Shown here piece after piece: positions 1 through 13,490 of a stretch of DNA of 64,000 nucleotides. A program made the position numbers and the translations under genes. The stretch comes from Lingula anatina (Eukaryota; Animalia; Brachiopoda): assembly GCA_051362555.1 (NCBI GenBank), contig CM120646.1, positions 5,022,001 to 5,086,000 of the forward strand, in the 5' to 3' direction. Position 1 is the first letter of the stretch. Every line of letters starts with the position of its first letter. The notes below the pieces were generated by a model, which searched no databases, was not told where the DNA came from, and saw only the letters and a program-made list of their open reading frames with translations.

Positions 1-666
1 TATTTTCCTGGGAATGAAAGCTTTGATCTGGGCTTTCTTTTCACAGGGGGAGTCAAGGGGAGAGAGGTCCTGTTCAAATTCACAAATAATTGGGTAAAGG
101 TATTGGGCAACACTACAAACTATTGGGAGAGAGGCTGGAAATGGGGGTAACAAGTGATAAAGGGATTGTAAAATTGCAGTTGTATTGGACAAGAGGGTGA
201 AGACCAGGGTGTGTGTGACATGAAGCTTTTCACAGCAATATATCATGTATCTGAGAGGTGGAGGATGGGATAAACAGCAAATAACAGTTGAAAACAAAGA
301 ATACACAGCATTTTGATACTTCAGGAAATGTTAATACGAAGTTCAAAACTAAGCAGAACAAGCTATTGTTCTGCAAACCACGCCTACCCTAAATATTTCA
401 TTTTTTTTCAAAACGTAAATTCCAACCCACATCAACCAAAGGCATCGGAAAATATCAGACGGAAGACTTCTGCAACATCCCCCCAAAATGAACATGACTT
501 TACCTTCAAAATGTGACCATTATTTCTTCCAGTCTCTGACCTCCATCTTCTCCCCAGTCAACTAGTCTGGCATCAATGAAGGAACAAGCCTCCGCCTGGC
601 AGGGGAGCCCTCCAATGGCAACTGTTTCATCATGTCAAATCACCACCACTCCATATTGCAGAGGGC

Positions 667-689
667 AGAGAGAGAGAGAGAGAGAGAGA
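667..689. repeat. (GA)n microsatellite
   Basis: Direct read of an AG dinucleotide run. Confidence 0.95.
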
Positions 690-1320
690 AGGGAGAGAGG
701 AGGTATGGAGGGAGGGTTGCAAGTCAATGTACCCTGAGTTTTATTCTAGCAGAAAATAATCTTGTTTTCCAAGAAATCCCACTTACCTTCAGCCAAAAAA
801 GCTGACAGTCAGGCAAGAAAGGGAGAAGAACGCATTTATGTCTTTTAGAACAACTGGAACCCCTGGAAACTAGGACAATGTCACTCTCACAGACACACTT
901 TTCTTCAAAATGTCCAGAAGAAATTAAATGTTATGAGTAATGCAGTCCCACAGACCACTGCACCGGCACCCTGATGGTAGGAGAACTGAACAAATAACAT
1001 ATCATTTGTGCTCTGTGCCAAAAATAAGAGCCATGTTCAGTCCATTGGCCATCAGCCGGAGATGGAAGACAGCTGCTGCTACATATTTCAGTCAGTTTAA
1101 GAAGGCATCTGTTTTTCTTTTTATTTTTTCCAGTAACATTCATAAGTAAAAATCTTTCAAAAACTAGAGGATCAGAGAGGCGATACCGCCTCCGGATATT
1201 GTACCACCAGCTGGAGTAAGCGCATTCGTATGGACCCCCCACCCAAAAAAAGGGACTCCACCACCAGTCTTGTGCTTGACAAGCTCTATAAAATGCAATC
1301 AACAAGAATTCTCAAAATAT

Positions 1321-1362
<42 letters not shown>

Positions 1363-1376
1363 AAATATGGTACAAT

Positions 1377-1830
1377 CAAAGTTCAGTTCATCGTAAAAAG
1401 TAGGTCAAGGGTCCAGTAAATTGCCTCTTATGACTTTCTATTCCAGGTCAATAGTAAATATGGACCTATCTCTGCCAGTTTTGGAGAGAAAAGGGAACAA
1501 AATTTGCAAAGTTCAATTCATGGTTAAAAGTAGGTCAAAGGTCAATTCAAGGTCACATTTAGATTGCCAGTATATGACTTTCTACTCAAGTTCAATAGTA
1601 ACCATGGACCTATCTCTGCCAGTTTTGGAGATAAAAGGGAACAAAATTTGCAAAGTTCAATTCATGGTTAAAAGTAGGTCAAAGGTCAATTTAAGGGTCA
1701 CAGTAAATTGCCTCGTATGACTTTCTATTCAAATTCAATAGTAACTCTGGGCCAGTATGTGACTTCCTATTCAACTTTAATAGTAACTATAGACCTATCT
1801 CTGCCAGTTTTGGAGATATAAGGGACTAAA
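1377..1830. repeat. Internal tandem array of the HINE, ~3 units of 130-144 bp
   Basis: Units start with caaagttca at 1377, 1507 and 1651; the shared core gacctatctctgccagttttggaga occurs three times. Confidence 0.92.
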
Positions 1831-2496
1831 TGTTATAATTTTCACAACCACAATGTACTTTTTGATACAGTATAACTCGAAAACTGTATGGAATACAAAA
1901 AAACGGAGACCATCTGCAGTGTTAGGCTTTACATGCTCTACAAAATGCAAAAAAGAACAGGTCTCTAGCATTAATGGTTCCCGAATTATAGACAGTTTTC
2001 AGTTTCGGTATCTTATGGTCGTTACTCCCGTGAAAATGCACTGATTGACCCCGAATTCACGGAGATGAAAGATGACCCAAAGGGGAACACTTTCCAATAA
2101 CATTATTGGTTAAGTCTGTGTAGTGTCTGAATAACAGCAAAAATAATTTTTTTTTTTTAAAAATTCATTTTTTTGAAAATTTTGGCCCGTTTGACCTTGA
2201 AACAAAGGTCAAAGGTCAAATCCAAGGGTATATTTGAAATCTCCACATATGACTTTCGGTCAGTCGTCTGTAGAAATTTTTCCCATAATTCCTTCTGTAG
2301 GGTAGATAATTGGCATTGAATTTTCAAAAATTTTGACAAAGGTGCAATTCAACGAGTGTCACGCCCAGGTCAATGCACCGACTGAGACAAAAAAACTTGG
2401 GGGTTCAAGTTGAGGTTATATGTGACCTAAATCCAAGAGATGGAGACAGGGGTCCTTGCGGTCTAGGAGGAGAAGCGGTAACGGTGACTTGTATCC

Positions 2497-2582
2497 GGCG
2501 CCAGACGCGGAGCCGGCGGAGCAAACGGAGCCAACGGAGCCGGCGGAGCCGCAGGAGCCGGCGGAGCCGGACGAGACGGGTC
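2497..2582. repeat. GC-rich 9-bp-period microsatellite (cggagccgg-like) inside the HINE
   Basis: Repeated cggagccgg/cggagcaaa/cggagccaa units; these generate the Arg-rich and Pro-Ala-rich spurious ORFs. Confidence 0.9.
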
Positions 2583-2720
2583 GGGACTAAAACCATGAGT
2601 ACCGCCAGCGTACACGCTGGTGGTACTAAATAGTAAGGTAAATTGCAAGAGTGAAAGTTTATAGCAGATTGGCATTCCAAATTCTCTAAATTGATCTTAT
2701 CTTGACTGGCAGATCAGCCT

Positions 2721-2751
2721 GCCATCTAGTGGTTCTGTTGCCACCTGGTGG
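2721..2751 (-). promoter_or_regulatory. Two tandem candidate CTCF sites
   Basis: The minus strand reads CCACTAGATGGC (2721-2732) and CCACCAGGTGGC (2740-2751); both fit the CTCF core CCASYAGRKGGC, in the same orientation. Confidence 0.5.
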
Positions 2752-5700
2752 TTTTCACATCTCCTGTGAACCCCGACCTAAACCATGTTCAATAGGTTGA
2801 TGAGAAAAAAATGAACAGCCATTCCCACTCAAACGTAGCCATCAATCTAACAAATTGCCTTTAAAACCCTGTTGCTATACCTTCTAGTTGCCATGGAAAC
2901 TCATATCAATCAGCTTAAACAACGGTTAATTGCTGTTCACCCTTCAGAGGCACCACATTAGCATTGTAAATCAACAGTATATACTTGTTTAAGAAACAAT
3001 AATGCACATTGCAACTGTTAAAGGTCTGAAGACTTTGGACAACTTGTGACTATAAACAACAAAGAAATGCCATGAAAACTGGTTTTAAAACAAAGGAAGG
3101 CTTAATTAAGGTGCTGGTAAAAGTTCAATCCATGACAAGTTGAAATATTTCTTTTATCCAAATTGATCATCAAGGCATCTTTAATATATGTCTAAAAGGG
3201 AAGAAACAAGTCAATTGCATAGAAAAATCCCAATCACGCAACTTTCTAGAAAATGGCCAACAGTTTTAAAAGCAATCAAGGGCAGTCTTCTTTTTCTGCA
3301 TTGTTCAAAATAAACTTCAATTTCCATTGTTTTATTATGATGGTTATCAATTGTGGAATGTAAAAAAATGATCTTATATGAAAGCAGGACTAGTGTAGAT
3401 ACACACCTTCTGGGCAAGAGATTTCAAACCTGTTCGTTCTTCTTGAATTCAATTTCTTCAGAAATGTCAAAAAGTCCAAACCTTTTTTCTTATACTGAAG
3501 TGGAATCACTGACCCATAGAAAGTTACAGTTTCAGCAATGAATTCAATGTGAGTTTAATTGCTCATAATGATCTAGTGAGGGTAACAGGAGAAGAGCTAT
3601 ATAAAAGAGACCTTTACATCCATTTCTGTGGATATGTATGGGCAAGCTGGGCATGCCTAGGGTTTTTCAATCATTCCGTCCCCTCCCCTCACTGCCAGAG
3701 CCCATCAGACTATTTCAGCTATCCTTTTCAGAAAACAGTATTCTTTCCCAAACCTCTTCTTATCTAAATATTCTGGCACTGCATTTATTGACTATAGCTA
3801 TTACAAGCTAAACTTACCATCAATTAAACACCTTCAATTTTTTCTTTACGAACTTAAGAAATATAAATTTCAAAGGAAAATGATCTAATATCCTTCACAT
3901 GGCAATAGAGTTCCTTAGCAGTTGCAGAGAGTCACGCCTAAACTTTGTTTAAATTTGCAAAAAAAAAAATAATAATAATAATAACAGCAATAAGGGCAGG
4001 ACAGACTTGACACAACTACTTTTAAAACACACTTTTTTTTTTTTTTTTTTGCCTTAGTCAGCCTCCTAACAGACATAAAGAAAAAGCAGCATCCATCAAA
4101 GCAACACCTTTTAAAAAGCGACTTCTGTGAACAACCCGATTCCATGTTCTTATCTACTTCAGTCTTTTGAAATCCATCAAAATTGACACAGAGTGTGAGA
4201 AAGGCTCACAAAGTTCAGGGTTCTGAGCTGTATCTATTTGAAGTCTGTGACAATAACGGAGGCCCATTTGATGTGAGCTGTGTGAAAGAGTTTTAAAATG
4301 CTGTGATCTTGCTCCGTGGCAAATTAACAGTCAGGCCATGAATGATGATAAAACCGGGCACAGATACAGAAAGTTGTAGTTTGTCTGCATTTGATTTCAG
4401 TCATATAGTTTTTTTTTTTTTTTTTTTTTTTTTGTTTTTTTTTCACCCTTGAGTTTTTTAAATAAATTTTTCAGTCTTTTTTCTTCGTCTCTTTTTACTT
4501 TTTTAGAGGAGGTAGGTTAGAAAAAAGTTTGTGTAGATGACAACATTTGATAAACAAATTAAATTTCTATCAACTATTTAAAATATTATAACTCATAAGC
4601 AAAAAAACACCAATTAATTGCTTTAACCTCTCTTTAAAAACTGACAAGAAAAATAATAAAGATACTTGATAAATCAAAAATATTCTTTCAGATCGAAACC
4701 AGCAGTATAATGACAGATCCCAATAACATACTCCATTCTCAGTTACTGCCCTTATATCACAGCTGATTCCGGCCACAGAATGGTTCACAAAGGAAACATG
4801 TTTTGTATTCCACCTCTGACACCAGATAAAATCCTCATTCCAATCAAAGGTGGATAAAGCTGGTGCCAAATCTTGAAAGTCTGAGACATAAATCTTTCCT
4901 GGGTGATGTAGATGGTCGTTGTTATCGTTGTTATCATGAACAGGCCTTCCTTTCACACCAATAGTGTATACAGGGTTGACTGATGACAGTTTTAGGGTAT
5001 TAAACTTCCTCTACCACTTTCGATGTATTGCTGTGTGCACATCTAAGGCATTGGGGCCAGGATTTTTTTTAAGTTTTCATAAACAAATATGTTTTTCAGT
5101 ACTTCACACATCTCATGCATTTTTATTAATTTTATTCCACATTATTATTATTGTAATTATTTGCGTGTTTCATTTCATTTTTTTTTTTTTGTTCTCTTTT
5201 TTGCTTTCTTTTACTAATTATTTTTTGTGTGTGTTCCAAGTTATGCAAAAACTAACACAAAATGAAAATGAATTCTTAACATATAAAATCATATTTTGTT
5301 TGTTTCTAAATGGTATATCCATTGATGAAATCAACACATTTTATGGTCAACAATTTTTTTTCTGCCAAAAAAACATTCCCATGCAAGACCAGATAATTTG
5401 CAACCAAGAGATTTATCGAATTGTTTAAAATATCAGAACTTGAAACCAAAAAGAAAGAAAACACCACATTCATTTCAACACTAAAATTGAATTGGAGACC
5501 AGAGAAGTGACATACTTCTGTCTAGACATATTGTCTGCGGGGCAAACTGTGACCAAAATATCTATAACTCAACCAAAGAAAAAGCCTGCCTTGATAAATC
5601 TCAGGGAATTATTTTTTTAAAAAATGAAACACACACGCCCCTGCTCCTGTTCAAGTTACGTTTATCGGGCACGACACTTTGTACGTTTCTTTCTTCATTT

Positions 5701-8700
5701 CCGTGAGATCGTCATGTTTGTATACAAATACCAGTCATCTGATAACGGTGGTTATAATAGTGATAAAAACTATAATTTCTTGTTCTGACATTGTTCCCAG
5801 CAGGTTTCTATGTGTTCGGCAGTTGTCAAGGCATGGCATATATCCACTGATCTATGGTACTTTGATACACTATGATAGTAACCAGACATTTTGGTAGCTT
5901 TGATAAATGATTTAAGAGTTTTGTTACCTCTCAATGTTGATGGTGATAAAAAAATCCTTTAAAATTTTTCTTCTGAATGTTTCTGAGAGCAATTTTACTT
6001 GGACCATTATAGAATTACAATGTTTAACCTAAAAATTACTTCCAAATCATAATTGCTTGCACCAACATTTAGCATCACCTCTAAATAGAAGCAGTTCAAC
6101 ATTCCGAGAAACAAACTCAGGACCCCAGCAATGGATCTCCATTTTTTGGAATCACTATCTCAACATAAGAAAGGCATTTGTGAACAAGAATGGCATCGAA
6201 AATTTTTTTTTTTATTTCACTATTTTAAACCTTTATCTAGTCATTTATTTATACGTATATTTCATATATTTACTAAAACATTTATTTGTTTGTTTGTTTA
6301 TTTAGTTATTTATTTATTTGCCTTTTTGTACAGCTTCTTAGGTGAAGAGGTACTTAAAGAGGTCGACTTAATAACTTGTTATTAAAAAGTCACCCCTGTC
6401 TGTGCTGTGGAGTTGGCTGCTGGCATGGCAAGTGTGACCTTTCATTCAAGTGGATAGCACTATCACTCCCAATATTACCCCAGCTTACTATAGGCCCAAT
6501 TGTTACCCCTGGCTGACAGAGAGGAGCTCCTATTACAACAAAAACCAAACTTCTCACCCAGGTCTCCGAGTTTTGGTGATAACTGAATGTGTTTGTGATT
6601 GCCTGCGGGTCGGTGAAAAAATAATATAATTTTTGCACTTTGGAAAGGAGCTGGGTTAATAACCTGAAGTAAATAGTCCACTGTTGCCATAGAAACATCT
6701 GATCTGCATTCTGGTATCCTTCTGTGTAAACAGACATCAATTTTTAAAAACAAAACAAAAAATAAAACATACAAACAAAGAACACTTCAGTAAGATAAAA
6801 CCACATACGCATTCTTCACTTGAAAGACATAGTTAAAAGGCATATTTTTTATGTAAATACCTATACATAAAATATATAAGGATGATCAAGAGGCCTTCTC
6901 TAACGTTCCTGCCTCAGTGTTCAAAAGAACTCCCTGCCAGAGAAGAAAAGAATAAGAAGAAAGCTGTGTGGTGCAGAACACACAGAGTTTACCAATAAAA
7001 TTAATTACAAATATGCTATCAAAGCAAGCAAAGCAAATATCAAAACAAAACACCTTTGTTTTAAGCCAAATTCCAGTGAACTCAGCGAGGTTATTTTTTA
7101 AAAGGTCAAACAAATGCTCACATCCAGTTTTCTCACAGGTTTTTGTAAGTTTTGTTTTCAATAGTAAACCAAAATCAAACTAACATGTTGACATTTAAGT
7201 AGAAAAGAACACATACAGGACTTTTACTGCTGCAGATAAATACTGGATTAATGCCAGCTGAATTATTCTGTAATCTGCAATTCCTTATAAATCCTTGTGA
7301 ATATCTATGGAAATATCTATGTACATTTACAAAAAATGTTTTTTGATTCTTTCTTTTACACCAGACTGAGCTGGTAAAATATAAAGAGAGGAAGAAGAAG
7401 AAGACATTCTAAACTATCAAAAATCTTCAAATTATCCAACTTTGAAATACACCTTAAAAGTGAGAGTAATAATACATAAACAGTACTGGGTGGGTTAAGT
7501 TGAAGATACTGTCCACAAATGATTGAATACAGATACATTCATACCAGTTACAATGCCAATGGGGGATTGGAAACAAGGATGAAGCATACCACAATACAAA
7601 CCTAATTTTCCCAAGCATTTTTCATCACATGCACAAGATTTCCAATACTTCTGACATGCATCAAGCTGGCAATCCAGCTTCAACCTTCACAGTTCTTCCT
7701 ATCATCCATTCCTTTCGTCTTGACCAAACATCATAGGGCCCTAGCAGGGATGATGAATGTAATATACAGCTTAATCTCAACAGGGATTGACAAGAATTTT
7801 TATTTGGCCTGGCTAGTGTATATCTATGAGGAATTCTACCAGTTGCACTCCAGCTGTACATTCTGGATTGTGTTGAAAAGGAAGGTGATTGTGATTAAGA
7901 CTGACCACTTAAATCTGCCCACTGACAGCAACAAGCTTTTCTATCTTCTCTACTGCTCTGGGTCAGGTACAGACAATTCCAGATCTACCCACAAACAGAA
8001 CCAGACTTTCCTATCTTCTCCCACTGCTGTGGTTCAAATAAAAGGTCTGTACATAGCTCTGACCAAGCTGACTACTCTTGGAGAAGCAACACACATGCAA
8101 TGACAACAGACCTTTGGGCCTGGTGAAAGAAGTGAGGTACAGGCAAAACCAATTCTACACCCCTTATTCACTGTCTATTGCTTTCAAACTTCTGGCTCTT
8201 TTTTGTGAGCAGCCAGAAACAGTACAGGGTTTCAGTAATGAACCCTTTATCTTACTGAGAGAAATGAGATACAATACAAGCCAGTCTAGTTCTATACCCA
8301 TGAGCCATTTCCTAACTGTAGGAAGGTTCTGGATCTTCAAATTGTACTTGATGTTTGATCACATTTAATGAGAAATTGGTCAATCAAAATAAATCTACAT
8401 ATAATATATATATATTAGCCAAATACTTCAAACAAAGGAAATTTAAGTACTTACATGACAGGCTTAGAACCTAATGGTAGCGGCTTCCAAACCACCAAAA
8501 ATCAGCAAATCAGCCCAAATGGGAGACTTTCCAGAGCTGGAAGAAAAGGAATAATAGAAGTAGTCAAATTGTTTTAATTCTTAAAAGACACTTCATGCCA
8601 CAGAACCTGGCAAAACTCTATACAGAATTTAAAAAAGTCAGGCTCTGTTTTCAGTATTACTGATGAACTTGTAACTTGTTTTCAGTTGAACCTAATATAA

Positions 8701-11089
8701 CCTGTAACACAGTTCAACGCTATCTTGTCGGCAACGTCTGCAAATAAAGTTTGAGCTGAAATAAAAGGAAACGCCACATTCACAGAGCTTTCAACTCAAG
8801 GAACACTCACAGTGATCCTTCCCTTTGAGATGCCAATTTGTCTTGCCTAATTTTTATTGCAGCATCCAATTTGCAGGTAATCGCAGAAATGTATCACCTG
8901 TAACCCTTTCCTGAATCCACACAATGTTTCCTGTGTTCACCAAAACGAAACCTGCTTGCAATTCAGCCATGAATACTTTTCAGTCATAACATTAGATAAG
9001 ACTTAGGCAGCCTTATTGCAAAGAACAAGAGCCATCTCTTTAGGTCAACAAAAAGATATCTATTCAATAGTATTAACTGCCAACACATGATTAACATGGA
9101 TGTTCAACCTCTGCATTCCCTCCCTACAGCTCAACAATGACACTCGTTCAACTGTAGAAATAACTCGACTGTGGATGCCTTTGCACGCTTGTAAATTGGT
9201 TGATGTTTCAAATTGTGACATCCGGAAAGAACAGAGTAATCTTAGTCTCCAATCTAATTCCCTAACCTCTAGAGAACAGTCCCAAACCTACCTAAGCATG
9301 GCATATTTAACCCCTCTCTTCCCTTTTCAAATCATTGCCCATGTTCCCTGCAAAAAGGAAGCTTGAAGCAGTAACCCTGTGACCTGGTTCTGCTAGATCA
9401 AGCCAAGCTTATCTTTGAATTGAAGACAATGCTGTCATTAATAAAAAAAAAGGCACCTCTCTGTGTTTGCACTGCCATCTTGAAATTAAGAGTTGAGAAA
9501 GGACTCTTTGGGAAATGGAGTCCAGAAGAGAGCTCACAGTTTGAACCAGACGCGGTGCCTGGCAAGGCAGGTAGTGTTTTTCGCTGACATGCCAACAGTT
9601 TAAAAGAAACCAGCAGACGCACATGATCAAAGAGGGAGAGTTAAACAACACAGCACAGAAGCTTTTTTAATATTTCTCAAGACAGTAGTTGAGGTTGAAA
9701 GGGGGCCTGGTATATTGTAAGAACTTTCTTTCTCAAGTCACAAAGTTCTGGCGTTGGCTTCTCTCTCTGGTATTTGCTTTCGCAGCTGGTACCTTGCTGC
9801 GAGAAAATGCACGCAGGCAGGCACGTACACATACACCTATACTTGCAAACATGACAATACAAATATGCTTTCAAACCATGCTAAGAATTACATGACTCTT
9901 CCTAACACTTTCATCAATTACCAAATGAAACAAAACTTTCATTTTATTTTTATAAACATTTCCCATACAAGTTCTTCATACTGAGAGATACTAAGTTCCA
10001 GCAGATCCCATATACAGAAATCTGGACATCGCTTCTGAAATAAAACAGTGAAGCTTGAGCACTATTTTATAAACAGGAGATTGTATCCACCAGTCAGAAG
10101 TGGGTACTGCTACTATATAGTTTGAAGTGCCCGATGTAAGGTTAACTCAAGGTTTACACAGTGACCAATGCCGTTATGTTGACCAGGTGTATGGGCACTC
10201 GACTGTTGCCTCTAAACAAAGACCCTCATGGCCAAACAGTTCTATGTGGCCAATGGAGGCAGAGTTTCTGCAGAAAAAGGTAGGCATGTTGGAATGTAAA
10301 ACACAGAAATCTGTGAGATTATGGCTCATCTTTTTTCTATCACATTGTTCAAATTTCAATATTCACAGTAACTGGTTGTTTATCCAAGTAATTGCATATA
10401 TAAGTGTCTATTTGTTTGCTTTTTAAATAGAAAATTAAATCAAATAAGCCATGTTTAACAGTATTATCACAGATTTTCAAAATTCAGCATGGTCACCATA
10501 CTTTTTTGTCCAATATTTTCTTACTTTTTCATCATGAATCATCTTTCATCAGGAGGAGCCATTCAAACATATGCTGTTGACTTACATCAATCACTACCTA
10601 CACAATACAACAACAGCTTTCAATTTTTTCACCAAACTGTTCAAGACAAGGGACCTTGGAATAACTAGCTCTGTCAGAATATCAACATTCCAATGCTATA
10701 GGGCATATCCACTTTCCAGATGTACCACGAAAAACAGAAGAAGAAATACAAGGATCTGCAAACTTGCAATCTGCCAAATTTGTATACAAAACAGTGAGCA
10801 GTTTTCCTCATTTGCCAGCCATTACAGGGGCTTTCACAAATATCCCACAAGCAAGACTGTATTTTAATCTGTTTGTATAAAATATGACTTAAATACTATG
10901 GTTACAATGTCCACTGTCCATTTGTGAGACTCCTTCACAATAATTCCCAAAACAAAAAAATAATATAATAATCATATTAGCCTAATAATGTTGATACCTT
11001 GAGTTACTATTTTTCCAAGGTTCTAAAACCTTTTCTACACCCTGTAAGTCCCATCATACCTTTCAAGGTCACGTATAATTTTTTTGGTG

Positions 11090-11180
11090 TGATGGGATTG
11101 TTTTGTTTTGGTCATTTAAGGCAAGCTTTTACCAAGTTGGATAAACCACTTTTCCACTGTAAATATTACTTTGTAGGTGC
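11090..11180 (+). pseudogene. Possible highly decayed LINE reverse-transcriptase fragment
   Basis: Translation LFCFGHLRQAFTKLDKPLFHCKYYFVG loosely resembles the RT motif F(V/L)DLRKAFDSV..LW.KL...G. Confidence 0.25.
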
Positions 11181-12550
11181 TGTTGTTGAGATTTATGTTG
11201 AACATGGTGCATTATTTAATGCCTTCATGGAAAAGCACTGAAAGAAAACCTCACATCAACTGGAAAAGGAAAGACATATCATTTCATTGATGCTTTCATT
11301 ATCAAACATTATACACTTTTGCTCTGCTTCCTGCAAATGTCCAAATCAATATTCGAAAAAAAAATTTTAAAAAAATAGTTTTCAGACAATATCAGGCATA
11401 TAAAACAGTAAATTTGGTATTTCAGAAACATTTCTTTAAATTTCTCATTCTAACTTCAACGCCATATTTAAAATGACCAAACTCGCTCCTGCTGACCTTT
11501 TAGCCATATTTCTATTACCTGATGACCAGCAAGGTCACGTCTGCTTCTACATTAAACACACATCCGCTATCGCTATCGACTTCTCATCACATAAAAAAGC
11601 TTTTGGGAAACAGTTACACTTGGCTTTAATGCAAACATTCATCCGGGATGGAGGAGGAGGAAACAGTTGTTTTAAATTACAACAAGAGAGCAGAACTACT
11701 TGCTATTCCTATTCTCAACATTAGTAGATCACAATGATGAAGCACATCGATTTTGTTGTATTGTAAAATGACCTTCAACTATAAATTAAATCCGATTGAA
11801 TGTTTTATCTGAGTGGAAGTGTTAAAAACTTACATAAGATGTTTATTGGATGAAATGATCTGTCATCATTTTCATTTACTTCTAGACAAAATTATATAAT
11901 GTTGATATCATCACAAAAGGGGAAACAGCTCATACTAAAATACATGTCAGAATGGAATTAAACTACTATCTAGAGAAATTTACCAAATGAAACACACTGA
12001 TTCATTTATCAGATGAATTATTTGGTTAAATGCTCCCAAAACATCCTCTCTTTCTGATAGGACTTCTGTATGTTGCATCCCCGTGAACGATTATCTGTCA
12101 TATCTGGGTGAACTTTTCAAAGCATGAGTGATGGCAAAGAACCCAGTCTGTGAAAGAACAGATAGGACAGCAACCAGCAAGAAACAGCAATTACCACAAG
12201 AAAAAAGCCTCCTTTCAGGAAACATTGCACCAGAAAAATCCTGTGTTGAAGGCAGCTCTCTTCTTCTAATTTTCTTCTTTTCTTTTTTTTTTTCTATATC
12301 CAAAACAGCTGCACAACATGTTCATCTGACGTAATTAAGAACAATAAGAATTTTAGGATAGTTGTGCACAAAATAAACAAACGCGAGTGAAGTACAGATG
12401 GAGGAACCTGGTCCCAATTTGAGGAGCTCTGAAAATACAACTGTCAATACTTACGTCAAACTTCCTTCCAGCATTAACAAGTGGTTGTAATATTTGTCTC
12501 AGGGTTCAAAAATTCCAAGATGAAAATCATATTTTAACAAAGAAAACTGA

Positions 12551-12924
12551 ACTCCAAAATTCCTTTGATGCCCTCTCAGTATCACTTACATTCCATTGTC
12601 AGGATTATTACGTCTGTCCAGCAATCAAAAAGAAAAGATCAACATGACAATTCTTCAATTGCACATAGTTCCTAATGGTTCCATTGTGAAAGACAGCTAG
12701 TGTTGAATTATAAGATTCTGGAAAGCACAATGGCAAGGGAAAGTGCTGCCATTGTGAAAGCTATGGAAAACAAAGATTTTAAGTTACTCTTCTACATAAA
12801 AAAAACGTAACTCCAATATTCCTTTGATGGTGTCTCTGTATCAGTTTTATTCCACTGTCAGGATTCTTATGTCTGTCTAGCAATTAAAATGAAAATATCA
12901 ACATGACAACTATTAAACTGCACA
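12551..12924. repeat. Diverged direct duplication of ~115 bp (12551-12665 and 12810-12924)
   Basis: Colinear at a constant 259-bp offset; shared blocks include ttcctttgatg, tgtcaggatt, gtctgtc.agcaat and atcaacatgacaa. Confidence 0.88.
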
Positions 12925-13452
12925 AAAATCCTTCTATGTTACGTTACTTTTCCCTCTGATACGATGGTTAAGTGGCGAATCGAAACACCAAAAATGTCTT
13001 CTTATCCCATTCAAATCAATCACAGGCCCTGTATGCAACTCTGTTTGACTGAGGAAGTGGGTGTTTTAAGGGAGGGACCGAACACGACAAAGAAATGTAC
13101 GACAAGATCGTAAACTTTCTGCAAGCAGCAGGTCCTAAACTCAAACTACTATTAACAGAGCTATAGAATATGCTTAGAGTGGAGAGCAAAGTACATATCA
13201 GACTTATGCCATGATAACCTTTTTACAAACCAAATGAGTTCATGTTGATGGTGTTTTCAAATATATTTACCAAATGTATTCTTTCATATGCTAATACCAT
13301 AAATGTATTTTTCAACTTGCATAGAGTGATGCCCACAACCCGATATTGTTCACAATTATCATACAGACGAGAGCATTTCATCCTTTTCTTTTGACAAAAT
13401 TCATGATGCAATAATAAAAATTATATTTCAAACAGAAACTGTCACTTGTTGC

Positions 13453-13490
<38 letters not shown>

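Larger units (their letters stand above)
1163..2630 (-). mobile_element. Non-autonomous Helentron / HINE (DINE-1-like rolling-circle element)
   Basis: Read on the minus strand: 5' end hairpin (agtaccgccagcgt-ac-acgctggtggtact, 2598-2627); sub-terminal inverted repeats gtaccaccagc (1201-1211) / gctggtggtac (2616-2626); GC-rich (cggagc)-type microsatellite (~2497-2582); internal 130-144 bp tandem repeats (1377-1830); 3' stem-loop gaggcg-atac-cgcctc (1177-1192); CTAG terminus (1164-1167) followed by a T-run; no TSD. Confidence 0.82.

Noticed and set aside
1421-1720. 99-aa ORF with an internal repeat
   Set aside because: It is a translation of the HINE tandem repeat, not a gene.
1377-1830. CRISPR-like repeat spacing
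   Set aside because: Units are contiguous tandem repeats with no unique spacers; eukaryotic context and no cas genes.
2373-2680. Arg-rich protamine-like and Pro/Ala-rich ORFs
   Set aside because: Produced by the GC-rich microsatellite inside the HINE.
3354-3370. tggaatgtaaa resembling the 5' part of miR-1
   Set aside because: The match stops after 11 nt and no precursor hairpin is present.
3915-4145. Cys-rich ORF MESGCSQKSLFKRCCFDGCC as a possible palmitoylated N-terminal exon
   Set aside because: No canonical donor before it runs into a poly-A tract; no other support.
7935-8035. Diverged ~35-bp direct repeat with a 70-bp period
   Set aside because: Real, but only two degenerate copies; an ordinary local duplication.
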